Shown piece by piece: positions 36,495 through 45,279 of a DNA stretch of 64,000 nucleotides. The notes beneath the pieces were generated by a model. The model was not told where the DNA came from. It saw only the letters and a program-made list of their open reading frames with translations, and did no database searches. The position numbers and the translations under genes were made by a program. The DNA is from a virus. Position 1 is the stretch's first letter; every line of letters starts with the position of its first letter. The stretch is taken from IMG/VR virus record IMGVR_UViG_3300046747_000117, one strand, 5' to 3'.

Positions 36495-37937
36495 GTGAGG
36501 CTGGTGTTTGATCTCCGGCCCTACCAGGAGATCCTCGTAGGGCATACCCGCGAGGCTTTCCGCGCCAACCGCCGCGTGCTGATCGTGGCGCCCACCGGGT
36601 CGGGCAAGGCCGTCATCCTGGCCTATGTCGCCTATCACGCGGCGGCGCGCGGCAATCGTATCATCCTCGTCGTTCACCGGGACGAGTTGCTGACCCAGCT
36701 ATCCGGGTCGCTCTCCGAGATGAGCGTGCCGCACGGGCGGATTCAACCCGGCTGGCCGCGCACCGAGGAGCCGGTGCAAATAGCGATGGTGCAGACGCTC
36801 ACGCGGCGGTTGCACCGCATAATAAATCCGCCGGATCTGTTGTTTTTCGATGAGGCTCATCACGTCGTTTCGACATCATACAAACGTATCGCGGACTACT
36901 GGCCGAACGCGCGCGTGCTGGGCGCGACGGCGACTCCGCTGCGGCTCGACGGCAGGGGCCTCGGCGAGGTGTTCGACACGATGATCGTCGGGCCGGGCAC
37001 CCGCGCGCTGATCGACGCCGGGTGGCTGGCCGACTTCGACTATAGAGCGCCGCCGGTCGATATCGACATGAGCGGCGTCAGCACCGTGCTGGGCGACTAC
37101 AATGTCGAGCAACTGGCCGCGGCGACGGACAAGCCGCGCATAACCGGCGACGTGATCGAGCATTACAAATCCTATCTGGGTGGGCGACCGGCGATCGCAT
37201 TTTGCGTCCGTGTCAGCCACGCCGAGAACGTCGCGGCGGCGGCGGCGGCAGCCGGCATCAAGGCGGTCTCGGTCGACGGCGACACGCCGCCAGCTGAACG
37301 CGCGGCGCGCATCGCCGGTCTCGCCAACGGCAACACCGAATTGCTGACAAGCTGCATGATCGTCGGCGAGGGGCTGGACATCCCAGCCGTCTCGGGCGCG
37401 ATCCTGCTGCGAAAGACCAAGAGCCTCGCGATGTACTTGCAGTGGATCGGGCGCACGTTGCGGCTGAAACGCGACAACAGCCGCGCGCTGATCCTCGATC
37501 ACGTGAACTGCGTCGACGCGCATGGCATGCCCGACGCCGACCGGGCGTGGACACTCAGCGGCAAACCTCCGGGCGTGGCGCCGACCGCGACGTGCTTCCG
37601 GTGCTACCGCGTGTTCCGGATCGGCGCGGGCTGGAAAATCGGCCAGGAGTGCGACGACGCGGGCGAAGAGGGCTGCCTGCTGAACGCCGAGAACGGCGAG
37701 GAGCCATCGGTCGTGACGCCGCCCCCGGTCGTGCCGGGCACCCTGGAGGTGTTCACCCGCACCCCCGCGTGGGCGGGGGGGATCGACATCGTGCTGGCGC
37801 GTGGGGCCGAGTACAAGGACCTGATGGACAAGGCGAACACCCACGAGCGAGTGGACATGATCCGCAAAGCCCGGGGGTATCACCCGGGCTGGACGCGGCA
37901 TGTGATGCTCGCCCGGCAGGCGAAGCGGCCCGCGTGA
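36495..37937 (+). CDS. SF2 (DEAD/DEAH-type) DNA helicase with C-terminal Zn finger
   Basis: APTGSGKA (Walker A), DEAHH, GATATPLRLDG, QWIGRTLR, CFRC. Confidence 0.9.
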   Translation: MRLVFDLRPYQEILVGHTREAFRANRRVLIVAPTGSGKAVILAYVAYHAAARGNRIILVVHRDELLTQLSGSLSEMSVPHGRIQPGWPRTEEPVQIAMVQTLTRRLHRIINPPDLLFFDEAHHVVSTSYKRIADYWPNARVLGATATPLRLDGRGLGEVFDTMIVGPGTRALIDAGWLADFDYRAPPVDIDMSGVSTVLGDYNVEQLAAATDKPRITGDVIEHYKSYLGGRPAIAFCVRVSHAENVAAAAAAAGIKAVSVDGDTPPAERAARIAGLANGNTELLTSCMIVGEGLDIPAVSGAILLRKTKSLAMYLQWIGRTLRLKRDNSRALILDHVNCVDAHGMPDADRAWTLSGKPPGVAPTATCFRCYRVFRIGAGWKIGQECDDAGEEGCLLNAENGEEPSVVTPPPVVPGTLEVFTRTPAWAGGIDIVLARGAEYKDLMDKANTHERVDMIRKARGYHPGWTRHVMLARQAKRPA

Positions 37938-38239
37938 CCGCCGACGCGCGCCGCCAGGCGTTACAGGACGCGCTGGACGCGGTGATCAGGGCGCACGGCC
38001 CGATCGGTGACGAGACGTACTGCGCCAAAGCCCTCCGCGAGATGATCGCGGGATGCGCCACGCCGCACTACTGCTGCGGGTTCTGCGGCGCGCACAGCGC
38101 GAGCCGACGCGTGCCGCTCACCGCGCCCGACCGCGCGACCGAGGTCTACGGCTGGTTCTGCGGCCATGTGTGCGAAGCGAACTGGGGGACCAACCAGCCG
38201 CGCCCGGCGTCCAGGAAGCAGGCGGATCTGTTCGGGTGA
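37934..38239 (+). CDS. Small Zn-finger protein
   Basis: GTG coupled to the helicase stop. CGFC and FCGHVC motifs. Confidence 0.55.
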   Translation: MTADARRQALQDALDAVIRAHGPIGDETYCAKALREMIAGCATPHYCCGFCGAHSASRRVPLTAPDRATEVYGWFCGHVCEANWGTNQPRPASRKQADLFG

Positions 38240-38544
38240 CTGAGACCGAGATCATGCGCGCCACGCTCGTCGCGGTCTCCGCGCTGCCCGGCTCGCTGTT
38301 CTACCGCAACAACACCGGGGTCACGCAGATGCGATCCGGCGACTGGATCAGATATGGCCTCGTGGGGTCTGGCGACATCATGGGCTGCCTGCGGGGCCGC
38401 GCCGTGGCCATCGAGGTCAAGACGCTGACCGGTCGCGCCAGCGTGGCGCAACGCCGCTTTGCGGCGGCGTGGGAGCGGGCCGGGGGCGTCTACATCATCG
38501 CCCGCTCGCCGGAACAGGCGCTCGCCGCCCTGGCCGAAATATGA
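38236..38544 (+). CDS. VRR-NUC domain nuclease
   Basis: GLVGSGDIMG...AIEVKT..GRASVAQRRF....ERAGG.Y.IARS. Confidence 0.85.
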   Translation: MTETEIMRATLVAVSALPGSLFYRNNTGVTQMRSGDWIRYGLVGSGDIMGCLRGRAVAIEVKTLTGRASVAQRRFAAAWERAGGVYIIARSPEQALAALAEI

Positions 38545-39025
38545 ACGTCAAGGGGCCGGGCGGGATTTTCCTGTGTTACGAGCCCGACGAAGTTGTTGAG
38601 AAGTAAGCCGGGATGGCGCAATAGGGCCGGCTGGCCGGTGCAGCTAACACCGACGCGGCCCTGACCACCAATCGAGAGGAACGCTCGACCATGGCTACCC
38701 CGCACATAATCGCGCACGTCACCTGGACGCAGTATCGCCCGCTGCCGCGCGCCCTGCCGCCTGGCTCACCGGGCACGACGATTCCCGACCCCACGCCGAT
38801 CATCCCCTCGCCGCCGGCGCCGGCTGGAGGCGGTGAGATGAGCGAGGATCTCGGCGGCGACATCGAGCGGATCAAGGTCTGACTGGAACTGGTGGACACG
38901 CCATGACCAGGACGACACTGAAAATGGCTTACTCCTACCTTCAGACTTGCCGCTTTTGCCGCGACCAGGACAGCGCCGGCACCGACAGCAACACACCTTC
39001 GCCGAAAATAATCCGTAAAAAGTCG

Positions 39026-39054
39026 TTGACGCTCATCCGCTGATCGTTCATAAC
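39026..39054 (+). promoter_or_regulatory. Sigma70-type promoter
   Basis: TTGACG-N17-CATAAC upstream of an early-gene cassette. Confidence 0.5.
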
Positions 39055-39104
39055 GCCTGGGCCGGGCACACGGGGTGCCGGGAAACACCGCGAAGGACGC
39101 GATA

Positions 39105-39293
39105 ATGACCAACACACTGCAAATCATCGAACACATCCTGACGGACGGCAGCAAGACGTTCGACGGCGAAATGGCCCTCGGGGTGTGCTTCGTCACCGAA
39201 AAGGACATGCGGGCGTTCGTCGCCGGCCTGACCCGGCTGATCGATCAGCATACCAACGACATGCTCGTCGTGGATGACGAGGTTCTCGGCTGA
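39105..39293 (+). CDS. Small hypothetical early protein
   Basis: ATG 39105 after the ACCGCGAAGGACGCGA leader. Confidence 0.6.
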   Translation: MTNTLQIIEHILTDGSKTFDGEMALGVCFVTEKDMRAFVAGLTRLIDQHTNDMLVVDDEVLG

Positions 39294-39346
39294 CCACCAA
39301 CCGGCCCGCCCCTCGGGGGCGGGTCCCCACCGCGAAGGACGCGAAC

Positions 39347-39616
39347 ATGAACACCACCACCCACCGCTTCGTCGTCATGACATCTTCCGCCCAGTCAAAG
39401 GGCAAATGGACGCACGTCCGCCGCAACGTCGCGGTGGTCGAGACCGATGGTCTCGGCATGCCGAAGATGATCAGCGACCGCGCCAAACACCTCGTCCGGA
39501 TCGTGTCCTACTCCGGCGGGCTGAACGTCGGCAGCACCGACCGCTGCGCCTACCAGGTCGCGCTCCGCGAGGCCGAGGCGCTGGCCGCGCTGCTGAACGG
39601 AGAGGCCCAGTGCTGA
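39347..39616 (+). CDS. Small hypothetical early protein
   Basis: ATG 39347 after the ACCGCGAAGGACGCGA leader. Confidence 0.65.
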   Translation: MNTTTHRFVVMTSSAQSKGKWTHVRRNVAVVETDGLGMPKMISDRAKHLVRIVSYSGGLNVGSTDRCAYQVALREAEALAALLNGEAQC

Positions 39617-39747
39617 CCATCGCGGGCGGCATCCTGTTGGCGGAAGCCATCACCGGGGCCATCGGCGTGATCGTGGCCACGGTGATGTGGCTCATCATGA
39701 TGCGACCATCCCCCAAACCGCGCCCGCCCAGGAGTCTGGGCCACTGA
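39610..39747 (+). CDS. Small single-TM protein
   Basis: GTG start. MLTIAGGILLAEAITGAIGVIVATVMWLIMMRP... Confidence 0.4.
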   Translation: MLTIAGGILLAEAITGAIGVIVATVMWLIMMRPSPKPRPPRSLGH

Positions 39748-39756
39748 GGAGACCCC

Positions 39757-40107
39757 ATGAGTGAATGCACGTTCTGCGGCTCACGCCGCGGCGAGGACTG
39801 TGGTGAGATGCCGGGCGCCCCATACCACGGGGGCCTGTGCCCCCGGGACGGGCGCGTGGTCGCGTCCGGTCCACCGGTCCCCCTCGACCACCACACCAGG
39901 CTCATCGTGGCCATGAACGACCTCCGCTGGACGACGCAGGCGCTGGCAGACGTGTCCGAAAATTCATCCTCCACCGTCCGCCGCTGGCGATCGGGCCGGT
40001 TCCCCGTTCCGCCCGAGATCCTGGCGTGGATCGAGCGGCTCGCGGAACTCGCGCGCGACTGCCCGCCGCCGCCGCGACCGGCGTGGCCACCGGTCGACCA
40101 GGATTGA
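39757..40107 (+). CDS. XRE-like HTH protein with N-terminal Cys motif
   Basis: LRWTTQALADVSENSSSTVRRWRSGRFPVPPEILAWIERL. Paralogous to 44362..44595. Confidence 0.6.
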   Translation: MSECTFCGSRRGEDCGEMPGAPYHGGLCPRDGRVVASGPPVPLDHHTRLIVAMNDLRWTTQALADVSENSSSTVRRWRSGRFPVPPEILAWIERLAELARDCPPPPRPAWPPVDQD

Positions 40108-40132
40108 CTCATTTTGGACTGGATGATATCGT
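40104..40132 (+). promoter_or_regulatory. Sigma70-type promoter for the replication genes
   Basis: TTGACT-N17-TATCGT. Confidence 0.55.
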
Positions 40133-40146
40133 GATTGCTTCCCGTT

Positions 40147-40329
40147 ATGGATAAGAAGATGTCCGCGACAGCCGAGGTCAGAAGCGTTTTCGCGCGGTTA
40201 CAGCCAGACCTGTATTTCCGCATCAAGGTCGACGCCATGCGCCGACGCATCAGCATGGGGGACTGGCTCGCCAACGCGGCGCGCCTCTACCTCGCCACCG
40301 CGGAGGAACTATCACCGGACGGGGAGTAG
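40147..40329 (+). CDS. Arc/RHH-like regulator
   Basis: RSVFARLQPDLYFRIKVDAMRRRISMGDWLANAARLYL. Confidence 0.6.
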   Translation: MDKKMSATAEVRSVFARLQPDLYFRIKVDAMRRRISMGDWLANAARLYLATAEELSPDGE

Positions 40330-40333
40330 GCCC

Positions 40334-40663
40334 ATGGCCCAGGTCCCCATGAGTTTCGCCGCCACCTTCCGCCGCCTGGTCGCTCCAAAACTTCAGGCCG
40401 AGTCCTATCGGCTGGCGACGGAACTGGTCGCTGATCGCCTGACGTTTCCCGAAGCAATGGCCGAACTGCTGGCCTACGCCCATCGCCGGGGGGCTGGCTA
40501 CCTTCCCGAAGCCATTTACGATGACCTCCGCGACTGGCTGTCGAGAATCCTCCTCGATGACACGGAACTCGCGGAGGAGGCGACCGCGCTAGTCCAGCGC
40601 CTCCTCCGCGAGCCTTCGCGCGAGGCAATGCGAAAAGCGGTTAGGGAGTTCCTTGATGAGTGA
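40334..40663 (+). CDS. Hypothetical helical protein upstream of the D5 helicase
   Basis: 109 aa with RBS GGAG. Confidence 0.6.
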   Translation: MAQVPMSFAATFRRLVAPKLQAESYRLATELVADRLTFPEAMAELLAYAHRRGAGYLPEAIYDDLRDWLSRILLDDTELAEEATALVQRLLREPSREAMRKAVREFLDE

Positions 40664-42134
40664 CGAAAGGCCGGGATATTTCAACCGGCCAAAGCGTCCG
40701 AAAAAGCGTGACCCCAGCCCACCGCCCGAACCGGTCAGCTACATCAACGGCGAAGCGGAGCCGATCACCGTCACGCCGCCGGAATTCAGCGAGGATTCCC
40801 TCGGCCTGCGCTTCTCGGCGATCTACGGCCCGGCGCTGAAATACGTGGACGAATGGAAACGCTGGATGTCCTGGGACGGCTGCGTGTGGCGCCGTGACAG
40901 GATACTCAGTGTCTACGACCTCGTCCGCCGGATGGTCCGAGCGGAGAGCGCGGGCGCCGACGATCCGCAGACCCGGGCGCGTCTCGCCGCCGCGTCGACC
41001 GTCGCCGCGATCGAGAAGCTGGTTCGCTCCGACCGTCAGCACGCGCGTGAGGCCGATGCCTGGGACCCGAACCCATGGCTGTTGAACACGCCGAGCGGGA
41101 TCGTCAACCTGGAGACCGGCGAAATCGGCCCGCACGATCCAGCCTGCCTGATGACCAAATGCACGGGCGTGGCGCCAGCCTGGGTGGGCGAGCGGCCAGA
41201 TCCGCTGGCGGACTATTGCCCGAAATGGACCGAGTTCCTGGCCCGCGTGACCGGTGGCGATCCTGAACTCCAGGCTTACCTGAAACGCGTGGCGGGATAC
41301 TGGCTGACCGGCCTGACCCGAGAGCATGCCATGTGGTTTTTCTACGGCACAGGTCGCAACGGCAAAGGCGTGTTCCTGAACACGCTGACACGCATCATGG
41401 GCGACTACGCGATGGTCGCTTCGCCCGACACGTTCACCGCCGATGGTCATAACAAGCACCTGACGGTCCTGGCCCGCCTGCAAGGCGCCCGGCTGGTCGT
41501 GTCGCAGGAGACCGAGGAGGGCGTGCCGTGGGCCGAGGCACGCATCAAAGCAGTGACCGGGGGCGATCCGATCACCGCCAACTTCATGCACCGCGACTCG
41601 TTCACGTTCATGCCGCAGTTCAAGTTGGGCATCAGCGGCAATCACAAGCCGGGGCTGAAATCGGTCGATCAGGCGATCCGCGCCCGGTTCAACCTGGTGC
41701 CGTTCACCGTGACGATCCCGCCCACCGAGCGCGATCCGGGGTTGTCGGAAAAGCTATGGGCCGAGGCGCCTGGCATCCTCGCCTGGGCCATGGAGGGATG
41801 TTGGGACTGGCGGCACACGCGGCTGGCGCCGCCGCCCAAGGTGACTGAGGCGACCGAGGAGTATTTCGACCAGGAGGACGCCACCAGCCTGTGGATCAAG
41901 GATTGCTGCGAGACAGACAGGTCCTACGAGTGTCTCAGCGGCGCGCTGTTCAAATCATGGACCGCCTGGGCGATCAAGGCCGGCGAGAAAACCGGGTCGC
42001 ATAAAGCGTTTAGCCGAACCCTGGAGCGGAATGGGTTCAACGGCGGCAGGCACTCCGAATCCGGCAGAATGGTCGACGGCATCCGGCTCGTGGTCGATCC
42101 GTCCTGGCACGAACCACCCGGCGACAGAGAGTAG
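40656..42134 (+). CDS. Phage/plasmid P4-family (D5-like) SF3 helicase
   Basis: D5_N-like WD.NPWLLNTPSGIVNL, Walker A YGTGRNGKGVF, KAVTGGDPITANF, DQAIRARF, winged-helix C-terminus. Confidence 0.9.
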   Translation: MSDERPGYFNRPKRPKKRDPSPPPEPVSYINGEAEPITVTPPEFSEDSLGLRFSAIYGPALKYVDEWKRWMSWDGCVWRRDRILSVYDLVRRMVRAESAGADDPQTRARLAAASTVAAIEKLVRSDRQHAREADAWDPNPWLLNTPSGIVNLETGEIGPHDPACLMTKCTGVAPAWVGERPDPLADYCPKWTEFLARVTGGDPELQAYLKRVAGYWLTGLTREHAMWFFYGTGRNGKGVFLNTLTRIMGDYAMVASPDTFTADGHNKHLTVLARLQGARLVVSQETEEGVPWAEARIKAVTGGDPITANFMHRDSFTFMPQFKLGISGNHKPGLKSVDQAIRARFNLVPFTVTIPPTERDPGLSEKLWAEAPGILAWAMEGCWDWRHTRLAPPPKVTEATEEYFDQEDATSLWIKDCCETDRSYECLSGALFKSWTAWAIKAGEKTGSHKAFSRTLERNGFNGGRHSESGRMVDGIRLVVDPSWHEPPGDRE

Positions 42135-42158
42135 CATAAAACTATCAAATGGCAATTA

Positions 42159-42371
42159 CTGACGCACCTGACGGGTTGTGCATTTAATGCGTGTGCCCAC
42201 ACAGGCGCGTAAGGGATATGCGTCAGATGCGTCAGATGCGTCAGAACCCGCCCTACGTATGCCTTTCCCTGGACGCATTAACCAAACAATCCGTCAGATG
42301 CGTCAGAAATGCCGAAAACCGGCTAAATCCGGCCATTTTTAGCTTAGTGTTTGCGTCAGCCGATGCGTCAG
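42159..42371. repeat. Iteron-like ATGCGTCAG repeats (candidate replication origin)
   Basis: Three tandem copies at 42218-42244, further copies at 42291, 42298, 42351 and 42363, inverted CTGACG at 42159 and 42168. AT-rich flanks, directly after the helicase. Confidence 0.7.
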
Positions 42372-42674
42372 GATCATCAGGAATAATTGATAAAGGATAA
42401 TACCACTTCCTCGCTTGCCGGGGCGACCCGTAACGTCCTACGGTGGCCCATGCCCCAGACACGCCCGGCGCCACCGGACACGACCGACATCGACCGGCGC
42501 AACGTCGACACGATCGCCGACCACACCGCCACCATGGACAACAAAGCGGCCTTCGCGCTGATCACCCAGACCCTGACGGACGCGGGCTACCGGGGTGTCC
42601 ACCTGAAGGAAATGCGCGACCGCGTGTGGCTTGAGCGCAAGCGGCTGATCCGCATCGCCAGGCGGGCCTGACCC

Positions 42675-42875
42675 ATGGCCACACGCCTACGCGATCTCCA
42701 CGTCTGGCTGGAACCAGCCGCGTTCGCGCGCCTCGTCGCCGCCGCCGAGGTCGACCACCGCTCGCCGGCCAACCTCGCTCGCGCGCTGATCCTGCGCGGC
42801 CTCGGCGAGCCGCCGATCATCGTCCACGCCAAACCGCCGAAACCGCGTCCGATCGCCCGTGGAGGGGCCAGATGA
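42675..42875 (+). CDS. Arc/RHH-like regulator
   Basis: LHVWLEPAAFARLVAAAEVDHRSPANLARALI. Confidence 0.6.
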   Translation: MATRLRDLHVWLEPAAFARLVAAAEVDHRSPANLARALILRGLGEPPIIVHAKPPKPRPIARGGAR

Positions 42876-43120
42876 TCAAAGACGACCGGGTGAGACTCAC
42901 CCTCGCAGCCGCCGAGAGGTTTCCCGACCTGGGCACGCGGCTGGGCACCGTGGCTTACGTCGCGAACAGCTGGGCCGGCGTTGACTGGGACGGCAAGCCG
43001 GAGCGGACGCTGCTGCCAATCCGGTCCCTGGAGGCGCTGGGGACGGTCTGGACCGGTCAAGGCATGAGAGAGCCGCCCGAGCCGTCGCCGTCTGTAGCCC
43101 CCGTCCAGGCCCCGCCATGA
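42872..43120 (+). CDS. Small hypothetical protein (SH3/KOW-like)
   Basis: DRVRL...GTVAYV....GVDWDG, with ATGA coupling. Confidence 0.5.
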   Translation: MIKDDRVRLTLAAAERFPDLGTRLGTVAYVANSWAGVDWDGKPERTLLPIRSLEALGTVWTGQGMREPPEPSPSVAPVQAPP

Positions 43121-43407
43121 CCACGCTCAACGTCATGCTCTGGCTGGCGGTCGTGGCCAACCTCGTCTGCATGGCCTGGAACATCAGCCGCGCGCGGGCC
43201 TACTACCGCGCGGTGGAGGCGACCGCGAAAGAGCGCGCTGAATTGCTGGTCAAGGTCAACGCCGCGCTGGCGATGCCGCGCCCACGGATGCCGACGCTTC
43301 AGGCGACCTCGCCGGTCGCCGGAATGCCGGGCTGGACCCTCCAGCCACCGGACGGCCAGGCGACGATGAGCGGCACGACGATCCGCGCCCGCGGATCGCC
43401 CGGGTGA
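43117..43407 (+). CDS. N-terminal TM plus coiled-coil protein
   Basis: MTTLNVMLWLAVVANLVCMAWNI. Confidence 0.5.
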   Translation: MTTLNVMLWLAVVANLVCMAWNISRARAYYRAVEATAKERAELLVKVNAALAMPRPRMPTLQATSPVAGMPGWTLQPPDGQATMSGTTIRARGSPG

Positions 43408-43595
43408 CGCGGCCCGCCTCGTCAGGCTTCCGGGTGCTGCCAGGGACCGGCGAATCCTGGTGGGTATGGCGGGCCGGGCGGGTCGTCTGTGGGCCGTTCA
43501 CGGCTCATGAGAGCGCGCTGGCGACGGCGTGGCATCTGGACGATGGGGCGGCGGAAATGCCCGATGCGCGGCCGGAAGGGGGCGACCGAGAATAA
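43404..43595 (+). CDS. Small hypothetical protein
   Basis: GTGA coupling, 63 aa. Confidence 0.45.
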   Translation: MTRPASSGFRVLPGTGESWWVWRAGRVVCGPFTAHESALATAWHLDDGAAEMPDARPEGGDRE

Positions 43596-43618
43596 TGGTT
43601 GATGTCGTCGTTTTGTCG

Positions 43619-43647
43619 TTGACAGGATCGATTGTGGTCGTCATTAT
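43619..43647 (+). promoter_or_regulatory. Sigma70-type promoter
   Basis: TTGACA-N17-CATTAT followed by CAGGAG RBS and ATG 43673. Confidence 0.65.
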
Positions 43648-43672
43648 GCCGACATCGAGACAGGAGATGGAC

Positions 43673-43888
43673 ATGACGAAGACCTACCCCGCGATCCTCA
43701 ACGGCCAGCGGACGACAGCGAAGAAAGTGCTGGGCCAGTGGCTGGTGGGCGGTGACTACACCCAGGCCGGCGACGTTGTTTCGATCGCCTGCAAGGTGTG
43801 GCGCTCCGACCGGATCGGCTGGCACACGCTGAAGGGCTGCCGCCTGGTGTTCTCGGACTTCGCGTCCGCCGACGAACTGGAGGGCTGA
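43673..43888 (+). CDS. Small hypothetical early protein
   Basis: MTKTYPAILNG...ADELEG, with promoter and RBS. Confidence 0.65.
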   Translation: MTKTYPAILNGQRTTAKKVLGQWLVGGDYTQAGDVVSIACKVWRSDRIGWHTLKGCRLVFSDFASADELEG

Positions 43889-43891
43889 GAG

Positions 43892-44164
43892 ATGCGATTC
43901 ACTTACGTCCGCCACAATCCCCGCCTGGTCGAGGTCCGCGCCGATGGCTGTCACGCGGGCTGGCTCGAACAGAAGACCCGCAAGCCCGCCGGGCTCCTCG
44001 GCGCGAAGCGTTACGGCTACTGGACCGGCATCGTGGCCGGGCTCGACGTGAGCGTGATCGGCTCGCTGACCAGGGCCATGGACACGCTCGACCGCGCCGC
44101 CTGGAACGCCGTCACGGTGTGCGAGAGCCACTACGGCGCCGACGACAACCGGCTGGAGGGCTGA
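43892..44164 (+). CDS. Small hypothetical early protein
   Basis: 90 aa, RBS GGAGG. Confidence 0.6.
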   Translation: MRFTYVRHNPRLVEVRADGCHAGWLEQKTRKPAGLLGAKRYGYWTGIVAGLDVSVIGSLTRAMDTLDRAAWNAVTVCESHYGADDNRLEG

Positions 44165-44167
44165 GAC

Positions 44168-44365
44168 ATGGCGCTTCACCGCCGCTCATGGACGACCAAA
44201 CCCGACAAGGCTCTGGTCTGCGAAACACTGGAGCAGGCCGATCTGCTGGCCCGCGCGATGCTTCCCCTGGACCAATACAGGCACATGCACCTGACCTACG
44301 CGCACAGCCAGGGCGGCTTCGTGATCTTCAACGAAGCGGGCACCAAGATGGTGGCCGACCGATGA
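44168..44365 (+). CDS. Small hypothetical early protein
   Basis: 65 aa, RBS GGAGG. Confidence 0.55.
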   Translation: MALHRRSWTTKPDKALVCETLEQADLLARAMLPLDQYRHMHLTYAHSQGGFVIFNEAGTKMVADR

Positions 44366-44595
44366 CGCCCGACCGGTTCGCCGCCGCCCTCGACCAGCTT
44401 GGCTGGACGCAGAGGCACCTGGCGCGGCTGCTGCGGTGCGACACGAATATGCCGGGACGATGGGCGAAGGGGGCCACGATCCCGCCCACCATCGCGGCGT
44501 GGCTGGAGCGGCTGGTGGGAGCGCACCATGGCAACCCGGCGCCGGAGGACTGGCGGGCACGCGCGCAACCGACAACGCCAACCCGCCACCGTTAG
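44362..44595 (+). CDS. XRE-like HTH protein
   Basis: MTPDRFAAALDQLGWTQRHLARLL...RWAKG.TIPPTIAAWLERL. Confidence 0.65.
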   Translation: MTPDRFAAALDQLGWTQRHLARLLRCDTNMPGRWAKGATIPPTIAAWLERLVGAHHGNPAPEDWRARAQPTTPTRHR

Positions 44596-44603
44596 AGAAA
44601 ACC

Positions 44604-44682
44604 CCACGAAACTCGACCACGAAACTCGACCTGGTATAGGGGATTAACCGGTTTGACAAAAAAGATGTGACATTTTTTGTCA
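44604..44682. promoter_or_regulatory. Non-coding control region with tandem and inverted repeats
   Basis: CCACGAAACTCGA x2 (44604-44629) and inverted repeat TGACAAAAAA...TTTTTTGTCA (44654-44682). Confidence 0.55.
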
Positions 44683-44937
44683 CCCCAGACAAATCTACCA
44701 CACCCCTCCGCGGATAAAACACCCCACATTATCAACGCACTACGCGTGTTAGTCTGCCTCACGTGGTTTGCGTGGTTTACTCAGTCGTGACCGCTGAATT
44801 ATCGGCCTTTTTCTCCCCCTTTTATTCCCGCTCTAACAGTTAGAATTATCCCTAACAGGGTCGTACGCGCCCGCGCAGGCGGATGACGCCCGCGCCTGAT
44901 GTGTTAATCTGGCCACGCACACAGGAGGACCCCCATC

Positions 44938-45279
44938 ATGCCGTTCGACGGATTCCCCCCCGGGCTACTCTCGGATCTCGCCGCCCTGAAGGTCGCCCTG
45001 GCCGGCGTCAGGACCGGCTGGCGGACTGGCGCCCTCGGCATCGAGGGCAAACACTGCGCGCTGGGCTGGCTGCTGCACGCCGCCGATGGCAACGCGAAGA
45101 TCGCCACCCGCCTCGCCGTCGACTACGTCTGGCCCGCGCTGCCCGAGAGCGCTCGCAAGGGCAAGGACACCCGGATCGAGGCGATCTACCGCTACAACGA
45201 CCACTGGGGCCACGCGAACACGATCAAGGTGTTCGACCGCGCCGTCGAACTGGCCGAGGCGAAGGCTGGCGGTGTCTGA
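44938..45279 (+). CDS. Hypothetical protein
   Basis: 113 aa, RBS CAGGAGG. Confidence 0.65.
   Translation: MPFDGFPPGLLSDLAALKVALAGVRTGWRTGALGIEGKHCALGWLLHAADGNAKIATRLAVDYVWPALPESARKGKDTRIEAIYRYNDHWGHANTIKVFDRAVELAEAKAGGV

Noticed and set aside
44640-44860. CtrA boxes (TTAA-N7-TTAAC) and an RfaH ops site
   Set aside because: Only half-sites or mis-spaced matches were found.
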